Part shown: in pieces, positions 51,323 through 64,000 of the stretch
How positions within the stretch are numbered: position 1 is the stretch's first letter
Layout of the letters: every line of letters starts with the position of its first letter
DNA from: Octopus vulgaris
Lineage: Eukaryota
Direction of reading: 5' to 3'
NCBI GenBank assembly: GCA_951406725.2
Contig: OX597817.1
Location: 97,402,001-97,466,000, forward strand
Length of the DNA: 64,000 nt
Program-made: the position numbers and the translations under genes
Notes under the pieces: model-generated
Seen by the model: only the letters and a program-made list of their open reading frames with translations
The model's database searches: none
What the model was told of the DNA's origin: nothing

Positions 51323-52063
51323 TAGCTTAAGGTGACCCGCTCTACGTGTGGGTAAGAGTGTGGTTGTTGCTTTCTGTTGCTTCTTTTCTGTTTTTTATCA
51401 CAACATTCTCTCTCTTTGTTTTTCTCTCACTTTCTCACTCTCTTACTCTTCCTTTCTCTCGGACTCTCCCTCGCTTTCTCTTACTCTCTATCTTTCTCTG
51501 TCTATCTCTCTCCCATTTATAAACAACAAAAGATCTTGAGTAAGTTGAGAAAGAAAATATTTTGAAAGATGAATCATAAATATCAGACAGTGACAACGGA
51601 AAGGTCTGCTTCAAGGCAGACAGCAAAACGCTAACATTTAAAAGGGACAGACGAACTTGCGAGCTGAATAAAAATAAAAAAATATTGGAAACCAAAGTTT
51701 GAAAGGATAGAATCTGAGGATAGTAGAGTCACCATGGCTGGCATTGCTTAATGACGGACAGCAACGTAGTGGCAGTTTAACGGCTGGCATAAAATTTTGA
51801 ACTTGATGTAAAAGAAAATTCTTAAACACCTGCTCGTGTAAATTTTAATCTCCTTCCAGCCCCATTTAGACCCCTTTTCACATTTTGGTTAATATAACCC
51901 GATTTCATTCGGATCTACTCGGGCCCCATTTTATAAGAGGAGGAATTATGTCCTAGAGGTCACGCCTTTCATTTGAGGAAAAAAATAGTTGCCATGCAAA
52001 CTCGCCAGCACTTTTAACATAGGTGTGCATATTTTCAGCTCAACTGACCACATAATGCACACA

Positions 52064-52116
<53 letters not shown>

Positions 52117-52636
52117 CAGATATATACACTTTGTATATATACATTCTATATACGTATTTCTATATAGAACACACACACACATATAAATTAACCCAATAAA
52201 TATCTGATTCATAATATTTGTTCTCATGATTGTGTGGTGGTGGTGGCGATGATAATTATCTCTATGAATGCAGACAGACGTAGAGAGAGAGGGGAGGGAT
52301 GTGGGAGAAATAGTGACAGCGCTGGCGAAGGCAGCAGGGGAAAGACAGTAGATGCTATCAAACAACGTTATAGAGAGAAAGGAAGGGAGGAAAGAGAGGT
52401 GGAGGAAGACAGGCAGATAAGAGAATGAGAGCAGACTTGTCAAAGTGTTTTTTTTGCCCTAGTAACCACACCTTTTAAGATAGGGATTTCTAACCTAGCC
52501 CACTCACATCCTCACCTCATTTTACATGTCCCTGTAAATTTTGGAGTCAATCCGACGGGATCTAGTGCCTTTTAACCCATTCCAGTGCCAAAACCAGACA
52601 AACAAACTTTTCGCATTTCAGATTTATAGATATTGA
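51322..52636 (-). mobile_element. Non-autonomous Helitron-like element
   Basis: Minus strand a|TC..AAATGCGAAA 5' end (similar to 15111); 3' hairpin ACCCAC..GCGGGT followed by CTAG|t; inserted at an AT site. Confidence 0.65.
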
Positions 52637-53319
52637 TATGCAATCATCATATTTACAATTCTACCAACACATTAAGCGATACATTAAACATTAAAATGAA
52701 AAATTATACTTTATAAAGCTAAGAATTATGAATTATAAATATGAATTAGTATACATATATCAAACTTATAAAGTCAAGCATATAATGTCAAATACAAAAT
52801 ATAACATCAGAATAAGAATGTCTGTGATTAAATGTGAAAAATAACATAAAAAATGCAGATAGATATCCTCCTTTTATGGAACCAAGATGTTTTTCAAAAT
52901 GGCGATTATAGGAAGTGAAGATAGCAGAGTACTATGGGAATTTATAGGTGATTAGTACCAAAGAGGGTAATTCCACTCTGCATAGTTCAAATTATCTTCT
53001 ATTATTATCTTCAAACTATGTTGAGGGATATATATAATTTGTTATAATATAATTTTTAGTAATATTTAACTAATTTAATTATTTACATAATCTATTCAAG
53101 TACTGTAGAAATCAAAAGTTTGTGGTTATTAGATTCAAAGGGGTGGTTCAGTATTTCATTTTAGTGAAAGTAAAATTACTTTTGTGTCAACATTTAACTC
53201 CTCATTCATTGTATGTGGTTAGTAATTCATCTCTAGATTGTAGCAGTTTCATAAATTCTGTTATACTTAATAAACACATTTTATTGCCATATTAAATGCA
53301 GAGAAGATCCAATATAATC

Positions 53320-53613
53320 AAATTAATTCTAGCAATAAAAGGCCACGTAAAACTAGAACTAGGAAAGTTTTGTGGTTTAACCCCGCAGTTAATATGGCTG
53401 TAAAAACTAATATAGGTAGAGAATTCTTAAAATTAGTTTCTAAGTATTTTCAATCTAGCAGGAGTGGCTGTGTGGTAAGTAGCTTGCTAACCAACCACAT
53501 GGTTCCAGGTTCAGTCCCACTGCGTGACATCTTGGGCAAGTGTCTTCTGCTATAGCCCCGGGCCGACCAATGCCTTGTGAGTGGATTTGGTAGAAGGAAA
53601 CTGAAAGAAGCCT

Positions 53614-53681
<68 letters not shown>

Positions 53682-54460
53682 TTGTTCCCCTAGCATTGCT
53701 TGACAACTGATGCTAGTGTGTTTACGTCCCCCGTCACTTAGCAGTTCGGCAAAAGAGACCGATAGAATAAGTACTGGGCTTACAAAGAATAAGCCCCAGG
53801 GTCGATTTGCTCGACTAAAGGCAGTGCTCCAGCATGTCCGCAGTCAAATGACTGAAACAAGTAAAAGAGTAAAGAGTAAGAGTAGCCATCAGTTCTATAG
53901 AATATTTAATAGGAGAACACTGAAGGTTAGCTATTCTTGTTGCAAAAACTTCACCTCTTTTACTAGCCAGCATAACACAAAAATTATTACAGACAACTAC
54001 AGTGCAGAATCCAATCTGAGGAACTGCAAAGATGAGACTTGCAGTCTGTTGGAAGGAAAATGTCTTGAAAAAGGTATTGTTTATAGAGCCAAAGTGCAGG
54101 TAGATAGAACTGCAAGAATATAAAACATAGGGGCTTCAGAAAATTCATTTAAGACTCGATTCTATTCCAACCGAAATTCTTTCCGATACCTCAAGAACAG
54201 GACAGCGACTAGTCTTGCAAAGCATGTCTGGGAATTGAAAGAGAATGACACCCGTCCTTTCAATGTAATCTGGAAAATTCTAGAAGAAGCATCAGCATAC
54301 AGACATGGAACTTATAAAAGACCTATGAAATGTAATCTTTGCCTCTCAGAGAAGTTCTTCATCCTGTTCCAGGATAAAAATGCTTTGAACCAGAGACGTG
54401 AGCTCTTAAATTCCTGCAGGCACATCGCAAAATTTAAAATGTCAACCAACAAAATACCTG
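53320..54460 (+). mobile_element. PLE (Hydra-like) GIY-YIG region interrupted by a SINE
   Basis: WFNP..KTNIGREFLKLV.KYF | HQFYRIFNRRTLKVSYSC..GIVYRAKV..IGASENSFKTRF..SLAKHVWELK..CNLCLSEK. Confidence 0.82.
53458..53883 (+). mobile_element. tRNA-derived SINE (family A) nested in a PLE
   Basis: Full-length copy splitting the peptide KYFQS|SHQFYRIF; short TAGC duplication. Confidence 0.85.
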
Positions 54461-56011
54461 TATGGGTAAAATGCTTTGACTTACAAAATATATTTTTTGA
54501 ATTTGACTTTACACGGTATAGTTATTTTGCATCGCAACGCTAGTGTATATTTCAACTTCATTTTTAAGAAAGCCTTTCACTGTTTTACAAATTTAAGCTT
54601 AAGCTTCGCTGAGCTTTATTCTTATTATTTACTCATGTATTTAATTATGTTAAATCAAATTAATGCACAATTTCCGTATTTTGACATTTTAATATTATAT
54701 ACACCCGACAGTTTTTTTAATTGTTTGCATATATATATTATGATGTAGATTTGTCTCTATATATTTATGTGCATGTATGTATTGTAGGTATTGTATGTAT
54801 GTATGTGTGCGTGTATAAACATGTGCATGTGTATGTATGCATATATATATGTATAAATACATACATATATGCATACATATTTTTCTATTTTTGTATATTT
54901 GTATGCATATCTATATGTGTATATATTTGTACTTACATGGATATACATGTAATTTTATGTGTGCATTTTTATGTGTTCGTTGCACAAGCTACTGAAGTAT
55001 CTAATTGTCAGTGGTTACTTTCGAGCACCATGATGTAACATTTTCTGCTCCTATCTAGTTTTTCCTCTTTCTCTCATTAGTTTTCTGTTTCTTTCTTTTA
55101 TTTCTTTTTTCTTCTCCACTGTTTTCTTCCTCCTGCCCCATACTTGATATTTTTTTTCTCTTTCTTTCATCTGTAACACCAGATTTTGTGCATGTGCATA
55201 CATATATATATCATCATCATCATCATCGTTTAACGTCCGTTCTCCATGCTAGCATGGATTGGATGGTTCGACCGGGGATCTGGGAAGCCAGAAGGCTGCA
55301 CCAGGCTCCAGTCTTATCTGGCAATGTTCCTACAGCTGGATGCCCTTCCTAACGCCAACCACTCCGTGAGTGTAGTGGGTGCGTTTTACATGCCACCCGC
55401 ACAGGTGCCAGGCGAGGCTGGCAACGGCCACGGTCGGATTGGTGCATTTTAGTGCCACCGGCACGGAAGCCAGTCGAGGCGGCGCTGGCATCGGCCACGA
55501 TTCGGATAGTGCTTTTTACGTACCACCAGTCCAGGGGTTCTGGCATCTGCCGGGTGCCAGTCATAGGATTGGTTCAATTTCGATTCCGATTCCGATTTCG
55601 ATTTCACTTGCCCTAACAGGTCTTCGCAAGCAAAGGGGGTTGGCATGGGTGCCTGTCGTCGGATGAGGCTCGATATCGACTTCGCTTGCCTCAACAGGTC
55701 TTTGTGTCCAAGGGAGGAAAGGCATGCATAAGTGGGCTGGGCTCACTTGTCCTGCCTGGTCTTCTCACATACAGCATATTTCCAAAGGTCTCGGTCGCTG
55801 GTCATTTCCTCAGTGAGGCCTAAAGTTCGAAGGTCGTGCTTTACCACCTCGTCCCAGGTTTTCCTGGGTCTACCCCTTCCACGGGTTCCCTCAACTGCTA
55901 GGGATTGGCACCTTTTCACACCTATCTTCATCCATTCTCGCCACATGACCATACCAGCGCAATCATCTTTCTTGCACACCACAACTGATGCTTCTTAGGT
56001 ACAACATTTCT

Positions 56012-58336
56012 CTATGTATGTACACTGACATTACACATCCATTGGAGCATACTGGCTTCATTCCTCGTGAGCTTACGCATGTCCTCAGCAGTCACGGCCC
56101 ATGTTTCACTGCCATGTAGCATGGCTGTTCGTACACATGCATCATACAGTCTGCCTTTTACTCTGAGCGAGAGGCCTTTAGTCACCAGCAGAGGTAAGAG
56201 CTCCCTAAACTTTGCCCAGGCTATTCTTATTCTAGCAGTTACACTTTCAACGCACCCACCCCCACTACTGACTTGGTCACCTAGATAACGGAAGCTATCA
56301 ACTACTAGTTTTTCCCCCTGGAAAGTGACGGAAGTTGTTTTCTGCAGATTTTCGGAGGTTAATGCTCCCGAGCATCTGCCACATACAAAAACTATCTTCC
56401 CAGTTAGCCTACCTTTGACATTGCTGCACCTCTTATGTGTCCATAGCTTACACTGGGTACATCTTATAGAGTTTCTACCTACACCTTTTCTACAGATTGA
56501 GCAGGGCCATCTTCCTGAAGACACTTGTGGATTGTCTACCTTCCTACTTATTAGTACTTTGGTTTTAGCTAGGTTGACTCTAAGGCCCCTCGATTCTAAA
56601 CCCTCCTTCCACACCTGGAACTTCCCCTCCAGTTCTGATAGTGAGTCAGCAATTAGAGCAAGGTCGTCAGCATAGAGGAGCTCCCAGGGGTACCCTGTCT
56701 TGAATTCCTCCGTAATTGCCTGGAGGACTATGATAAATAGGAGGGGGCTGAGTACTGAACCCTGGTGGACCCCAACCTCTACTTTGAATTCTTCTGTGTA
56801 CATGTTGCCAACCCTAACCTTACTTACGGCATCTCTGTACATGGCTTGCACAGCCCTCACCAGGCATTCATCTATCCCTAGTTTCCTCATTGACCACAAG
56901 ATAAGGGATCGGGGGACCCTGTCAAAGGCTTTCGCCATGTCAACGAAAGCCAGGTACAGGGGCTTATCTTCGGCTAGGTATTTCTCCTGCAGCTGCCATA
57001 CCAGGAATATAGCATCAGTGGTACTTTTCCCTGGCACGAACCCAAACTGCATCTCATCTAAACTAACTCTCTCTCTAATTAGTTGGGCTATGACCCTCTC
57101 CGTAACCTTCATTACCTGATCCAACAGCTTGATACCTCTGTAATTATTTGTATCTAGGGCATCACCTTTACCTTTGTAGCAGTTGACTAGTATGCTGCTA
57201 CACCAGTCATTGGATATGACTCCTTCGTGTATCACCTGGTTGACTATACGGGTGGCTAGGTTTTGGTCGACACTGCCAGATATTTTGAGCATCTCTGCAG
57301 TAATTCCTGATGGGCCTGGGGCTTTCCCTGTCTTCATGCTTCTAATTGCTTTAACTACCAAAGAATTGTCAACTCGGATGGCTGGTCCCTCTGTTGGGTT
57401 GACATTCGGCAGACTCTCTTTATCCCATTCATTTTCTTTATTCAGCAACCTTTCATAGTGGCATCTCCAAACCTCTCTCTTTGCATCCTCATTTAGCGCA
57501 AGTGAACCATCATCCATGTGGACACATTTCTCTCCTACCACATCACAATTCTCTCTCACACACTGTCTTGCAACACGAAATACCTCAAGTCTTTCATCCT
57601 CACGGCTCAGAACATTGGCAAATTTTTTCTTATCCGCTTCCCCTCTGGCTAAATAAACCTGTCTCCTAGCTTCCCTTCTGGCAGTCTGATACAATTCCCT
57701 GCTACCACCGTTCTTCCAGTCCTTCCAAGCCTGTCTCTTTTGTCTAATAGCCCTGTCAACCACAGTGTTCCACCACCACGTTACTCTGGGTCGAGATGGT
57801 ACTTTGCTCCATCCACAGATCTGGTCAGTGGCTGTCAGCAGATTGTCCCGTAGAAATCTCCAGTTGTCTTCCACATTAAGTGAAGCTATATCCCCTTCTA
57901 TTTCGTCAAAGGCTTCGAGTAGTATGTCTCTAAATCTCTGTCCATTTGCAGGATCTTTAAGCTTCCAGACCCTTCTCCTCCAAGCTGGTCTTCTTCTGGG
58001 CAACCATTTAGCTCTGATCCTGAAGTCGCTAACTACTAATCTATGTTGAGGAGTACATTCTTCGCCTGGAAAGGTTTTGGCATTTATAAGCAGCCCTCTT
58101 TCCCTTTTTCTGGCAAGGATGTAGTCAATCTGGCTAGTGTGTCTGCCAGAACGGTAGGTGACTAGGTGAGAGGTGGGTTTCCTGAAGTTGGTATTGCAGA
58201 CCATAAGGTCATTTGCATCGCAGAACTCCAGCAGCCTGGTTCCCTCCTCATTACGAGAGCCAAAACCGCAGCTTCCATGAACGCCATGGAAGCCCCCGAC
58301 ATGCGGTCCAACATGTCCATTGAAATCACCTGCCAC
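56012..58336 (-). pseudogene. RTE ORF, 774-aa open segment
   Basis: C-terminal APE, complete RT motifs and a C4HC3 insertion; frameshifted on both sides. Confidence 0.88.
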
Positions 58337-58954
58337 GAAGAGAAGGTCACTGTCAACGAGGTAGTCCGCAATAGGGTGTCATAGAATTGGTCTTTTTGTC
58401 CTTCCAGTAGCCCTGGTTGAGGGGCATATGCCGAGATGATGGTAGCTGACCTATGGTGAAGCACTAATCTAATTTTAAGTACTCTGTCACTTACTCTGAC
58501 TACCTCAATTACCTTATCTACCCATTTCTCCACACGAAGTATACCCACGCCCCCGACCCTGTCAGTGTTCCCTGCCCAGAAAATCTTGTACCTGTGTTCC
58601 TTGCCTGTGAGGAGCCTAGCGGAACCTCCTCTCCACCTTACTTCCTGGATGCAGCATAAATCCACACGTCTCCATTCAAGCAGCTCTACAATCTCTCCAG
58701 ACCTACCTTTCAATGTGCCAACATTGAGTGTGCCAACTCTGAGGGTGTGGGAGGTGTTGGCCTCTGAGACCCTGGGATGAGGGACAGCCATGTCATGTAC
58801 ATGAAAAGAAAGCTTGCATTTGGCAGATTTCATATGGAAACACTAGACTACAACCTGCATACATTTCACAGTTTTTGTGCTATATGATCAAATAAACCCT
58901 ACATAGAGGTGTGAGTGGGGGTATACTCGGGGGCGGGTAGTCAAGTAAGACAGG

Positions 58955-59110
58955 GGTAGAAACATCCGGTATTGGTGGAGGGGGTGGGAGGGCGGTAGAA
59001 ACTTCCGGCATCGGTGGATGGGGTGGGAGGATGGTAGAAACCACCGGTATCGGTGGAGGTGGTGGGAGGGCGGTAGAAACTTCCGGTATTGGTGGAGGGG
59101 GTGGGAGGGC
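58955..59110. repeat. 39-bp G-rich tandem repeat x4
   Basis: Unit GGTAGAAACTTCCGGTATTGGTGGAGGGGGTGGGAGGGC. Confidence 0.9.
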
Positions 59111-59114
59111 GGGC

Positions 59115-59851
59115 GAACCAACCTCGAAGCAACGATTTTGAATATAATTCGTAGGGAATTCTCTGCAACAGAATTACTGAATTTGAGGGGAAAAATAATT
59201 AGATAAATGAAAATCAGAGAGAGACAGCCAGTCAGAGCCTTAGAAGCAAGTAATAAATAAATAAATATGATACAATACGAGGGAGAAGAATATTTTGAAG
59301 GGGAATGGAATACAGCGAGGACAGCCCTGAAAGTAGAGGAGGAATTTAAAAATGCATGAAGAAGCCATGTTTAGAAATAAATAGAGAAACGAAGGGGGAG
59401 CGGATTAGGGTTACCAATCAAACACTTAAAAATATGAATGAAACAGGTTGAAAGTTAAAGTCTTAGCTGGCCATTTTTCTGAGAATCCATGTTTTGTCAG
59501 GAAGATGCAGCGAGTATGAGGGAGGGAATACGATCGTCCGCTGGTTTATAAAGAGTTAGGGATTTCTGTGGGGGGTCAGGAACACGAGGAGAGAGAGAGA
59601 GAGAGCAAAGGAGCAACGAGTTTGAATATAATTCGAAGGGAACCAACCTTGAAGCAACGAGTTTGAATATAATTTGTAGGGAATTCTCTGCAACAAAATT
59701 ACTGAATTTGAGGGGAAAAATAATTAGATAAATGAAAATCAGAGAGAGACAGCGAGTCAGAGCCTTAGAAGCAAGTAATAAATAAATAAATACGGTACAA
59801 TACGAGGGAGAAGAATATTTTGAAGGGGAATGGAATACAGCGAGGATAGCC
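59115..59851. repeat. ~210-bp direct duplication (59115-59326 vs 59641-59851)
   Basis: ACCAACCT(C/T)GAAGCAACGA..GGAATTCTCTGCAAC..GGAATACAGCGAGGA occurs twice. Confidence 0.9.
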
Positions 59852-59984
59852 ATGCATTTGTATATATATTTATGTCTTGCCTATACATCTCTGTATATGT
59901 ATGTAGCTATGTACATGCGTCTGCATGTTTAGTGTATATATGTATATTATAGATGGTTTGGTATGTGCATATGGTATGGGTTGG

Positions 59985-62900
59985 TTGGTTTGACTGAGGT
60001 CTGGAATGCTAGCAGGCTCCAATCTGATCTGGCAATGTTTCAACAGCTGAATGTCCTTCCTAATGCCAAGCACTCCAAGAGTGTAGTGGGTGCATTTTAC
60101 ATGCCACCAGCACAGGAGCCAGTGAAGAAGGCCTGGCATTGATCACATTCAGATAGTGCTTTTTACATGCCACAGGCATAGGAGCCAGTCAAGTGACACT
60201 GTCATCAGCCACATTCACATGGTACTTTTAATGTGCCATTGGTACAGTCAGGCGGACCTAGTATCGACAACGTTCAGATAGTGCATTTTACATACCACAG
60301 GCACAGGAGACAGTCAGGGCACGGGCATCAACCACATTCGGATGATGCATGTTACATGCCACTGAAACGGGAGCCAGTCAGGGGGAACTGGCCACAGCTA
60401 CAATTTTGGTTTTACTTGACTCAGCAGGTCTTCTCAAGCATATCATATCGCCCGACACATCAAGTGTACTTTTAAATGGGCCATACATGCAAAACTGGCA
60501 TCAGCCATAGCTGCGATCTCACTTTAGTTGCCAGATCTTCTCAATCACAGCTTATCTCCAAAGGTCTTGGTCTCCTGTCATTGTCTCTGTGAGGCCCAGT
60601 GTTCGAAGGTCATGCTTCACCACCTCATCCCATGTCTTCCTGGGTCTATCTCTTCCACAGGCAGGGTGCGGCACTTCCTCACACAACTGTCCTCATCCAT
60701 GCATAACACATGAACATACCAGCACAGTCGTCTCTCTTGCAAACCACATTTGATGTTGCGTATGTTTGACTTTTCTCTCAGAGTGCTCACATTCTGTCAT
60801 GTTTGCAAACTGATATTACACATCCAGCAGATCATACTAGCTTCATTTCTTTCAAGCCAATGCATGTCCTCAGCAGTCATCGCCCATGTTTCACTGCCAT
60901 GTAGCATGGTAGTTCGCACATGCATCATACAGTCTACCTTTCATCCTAAGCAAGAGGCTCTTAGTCGCCAGCAGAGGTAGGAGCTCCCTGAACTTTGTCC
61001 AGGCTATTCTTATTCTAGCTGCTAAACTCTCAGAGCAACTATCACCACTACAGACTTGGTTGCCTATGTAGTAGAAGCTATCAAGTACATCTAGTTTTTC
61101 CCCTTGGCATGTGATGGAATCTGTTTTCTGTACATTTTCAGTGTTTATTGCCCTACGCATCTGCCACACACAAAAACTATCTTCCCAATTAAATTTCTTT
61201 TGATATTGCTGCAACTTTTATGTGTCCATATCTTACACTGGATACATCATATGGCGTTTCTACCCATGCCTTTTCTACAGATTGAGCAGAGCCATCTACC
61301 TGAAGGGTTTTGTGATTTATCAGCCTTCCTACATACTAAGACTTTGGTTTTTACTAGGTTAACCCTAAGGCCCTTTGATTCTAGACCATGCTTCCACACC
61401 CTAAACTTCATCTCTACTTCTGGTAGTGACTCGGCTATTAGAGCAAGGTCATCAGCATAGAGGAGCACACAGGGGCAGCCTATCTTAAATTCCTCTGTTA
61501 TTGCCTGGAGGACTATGATGAATAAGGTGCTGAGGACTGATCCTCGGCGAAACCCTAGTTCTATCCGGAATTCTTCAATATACTCATTGCCAACCCTCAC
61601 CTTACTGAGAGCATCCCTGTACAGCTCTTACCAACCACTCATCTATCCCCAGTTTCCACATTGACCACCAAATAAGGGATCGAGACACCTTGTCAAAGGC
61701 TTTCTCCAAGTCACCAAAAGCCAAGTACAGAGGTTTATCTTTGGCTAGATATTTCTCCTGCTTTACCAGAAATATAGCAACAGTGGTGCTTCTGCCTGAC
61801 ACAAAACCAAACTGCATCTTATCCAGGCTAACTCTCTCCGTAATTAGTTGGGTTATGACCCTCTCTGTAACTCTCATCACCTGACACAATAATTTGATAC
61901 CCCTGTAGTTATTTTTATCTAAAGAATCACCTTTACCTTTGTAGCAGTTGACTATGGTGCTGCTAAACCAGTGATTGAGTATGACTCCTTCGTGAACTAC
62001 CTGATTTACGATGCAGGTGGCAAGACCATAACCCACACCACCTGATATCTTAAGCATCTCAGAGATGATTCCTGATGGGCTACGTGCTTTCTGTCTTCAT
62101 ATCCTTAATTGCTTTATCTACCACGGTACTGTCAATTCGGGTAGCTGGTCCATCAATTGGGTCAACCTTTGGCAGACTCTCCTCCTCCCATTCATTTTCC
62201 ACATTCAACAGTCTTTCACAATGGCAACTCCAAGCCTGTTTCTTTGCAGAACCATTAAAGGTAAGGCCACAATCATCCATGCAGACACATTTCTCTCCTA
62301 TGACATCATGGTTTTCTCTCACACACTGTTTTGCAATCCGAAATACTTCAGTTCTTTGGTCATCATGTTGCTACTCCCTTTCCTACTACCTGTTTCCTAG
62401 CTACCCCAACTCTTCCAGGCCTGTTTCTTGCTCTAATAGCCCTGTCTACTGTACTGTTCCACCACCATGTTACTCTAGATCTGGAAGGGACTTTGCACCA
62501 GCCACAGATTTGGTTGTGGCACTCAGCAAGCTGTCCTGCAGGAATTCCCAGCTGCCACAGGACTGTAGCTCCTCTTCCCTCTCATCAAATTTCTCAGTAA
62601 GGATATCCCTAAATCTCTGACCATGTGAAGGGTTCTTAAGCTTCCAAGTCCTTCTTTTCCAAATTGGTCTGCCTTTTGGCATCCTTCTGGCCTCAAGTCC
62701 AAAGTCATTAATAACTAGTCTATGCTGGGGAGTACATTCTTCACTAGGGAGGGTCTTTGTATTTGAGAGCAACCATGCATCCTACAGTCTAGTGAGAATG
62801 AAATCAATCAGGCTAGCAGAGTCACCTGACTGATAGGTTATTAAGTGGCTGGCTGGCTTCCTGAAGTTGGCCCACACCCCCTATTCCATCACTGTTACCT

Positions 62901-63020
62901 TCCTAAAAGAGTTTATACCTATGTGCTTTGCCTGTGAGGACTCTGGCTGAAGCTCCTCTCTACCTTACCTCTTGTATGTAACATACATCAACATGTCTCT
63001 GTTCAAGCATCTCTACAATC
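59985..63020 (-). mobile_element. Older degraded copy of the same RTE family, head-to-tail with the 55211 copy
   Basis: EECTPQHRLV, NNYRGIKLL, QFGFV, LLYADDLALIA, SGRWLCSICRKG fragments; 3' UTR homologous to 55260-55800. Confidence 0.88.
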
Positions 63021-63819
63021 TTAAGGAAGTATTGTATATGAAAGTGTTTGGGGCATTGTAAATATATGTTATGAACATTGTGGTTGTTAGCAGATATACA
63101 TATTAAAAAATTTTTAAAAAGAGAGAGAGAGAGAGAGGGTAAGTGTGCTGCTATCTGCTTTAGTTAGTCCTGAGATGGGGGGAGAAAGGAGGGGGCGGCA
63201 AGATAATCAATATAAAAGGAGAGAGGAGAGGAGCAACTGGGTGTCCGGTAAGAGAAAGAGATTTCCAGTATTGGTGGTGGGAGTGGGAAAGGGTGGGTGC
63301 AACTATGAACATGAAAATGTTTATGAAAGCAGCCAAGAAACAAAGTTAGTTATTGCATGAGCAGAACAAAAAAGAAAGAATTAGTTTAGGGAATGAATGA
63401 ATGAGGTGCTTAAAAACAAGAGAAATTCTTAGCTTAGCTATGCATATTTTTGAGTGTCATCAAATGGCCAAACACATGGAATAAACAACTGAATGTCTGA
63501 GAGAGGGGTGTAACAGGTGTGGAGGCGACAGCTGGATATGGACAAAGATGGCAGACTTTGCACTAAGCTTGTAAGAGGAATAGCAGGGAGTAATCACTGC
63601 AACAAGAAATAAGATACAGACAGGAAAGAAATTATCTTAGCGAACGGTACAAAATACGTATATATGTAGTCAAGAAACAAGGAAAGGGATTATTATTTTA
63701 GAGGGAGAGATTGCATATTTGAAAGTTTTTTGATGAATTAATATAAATGTTTATATAGTTGATGAAAGCAACCACTGACATGCAAAAGTCATTTTAAGGG
63801 GTAGAGAAAACAAGAAAGA

Positions 63820-63850
<31 letters not shown>

Positions 63851-64000
63851 CATATATAAAATATATACATATATATATAATACATACATATATACATAAT
63901 ATATATATAATGTATATACATATATATATATATAAAAAATATACATATATATATAAAATATATACATATATATATAATACATACATATATACATAATATA
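63820..64000. repeat. Degenerate (TA)n/(TACA)n microsatellite
   Basis: Direct reading; representative of dozens of (TA)n, (CA)n and (CT)n tracts in the window. Confidence 0.9.

Larger units (their letters stand above)
55211..59851 (-). mobile_element. Near full-length RTE-group LINE (APE, RT, PHD-like finger), few frameshifts
   Basis: LNVGTL..QEVRW..SAYAPQ (58162-58833); GDFNGHVG, IDYIL, QFGFVPG, QGSVLSP, YADD (56012-58336); RGRGRPRKTW; (GAT)n tail at 55211-55227. 5' boundary approximate. Confidence 0.92.

Overview
Eukaryotic, AT-rich and microsatellite-saturated DNA. The SINE families and (TA)n/(CA)n/(AAT)n density resemble a coleoid cephalopod (Octopus-like) genome; this is an inference. 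The only host gene I can support is the 3' end of UFL1 (E3 UFM1-protein ligase 1) on the minus strand: exons 43398-43609 and 32411-32571, which splice in frame. Most of the rest is mobile DNA: two Ty3/Gypsy LTR elements (one young, with a CATG TSD), two CR1/L2-group LINEs, three RTE LINEs, about six Penelope-like element (PLE) fragments of Neptune-like and Hydra-like type, mariner/Tc1 relics, MITEs, Helitron derivatives and many tRNA-derived SINEs. The most striking non-coding signal is a set of minimal type I hammerhead-ribozyme motifs in PLE pseudo-LTRs. Three unrelated families carry a U3-A8 core swap plus a palindromic stem III, and one ~130-bp palindrome consists of two back-to-back hammerheads. 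Most short ORFs in the supplied track are microsatellite or antisense artefacts. All coordinates were read by eye; repeat boundaries are approximate unless a TSD or splice site is quoted.
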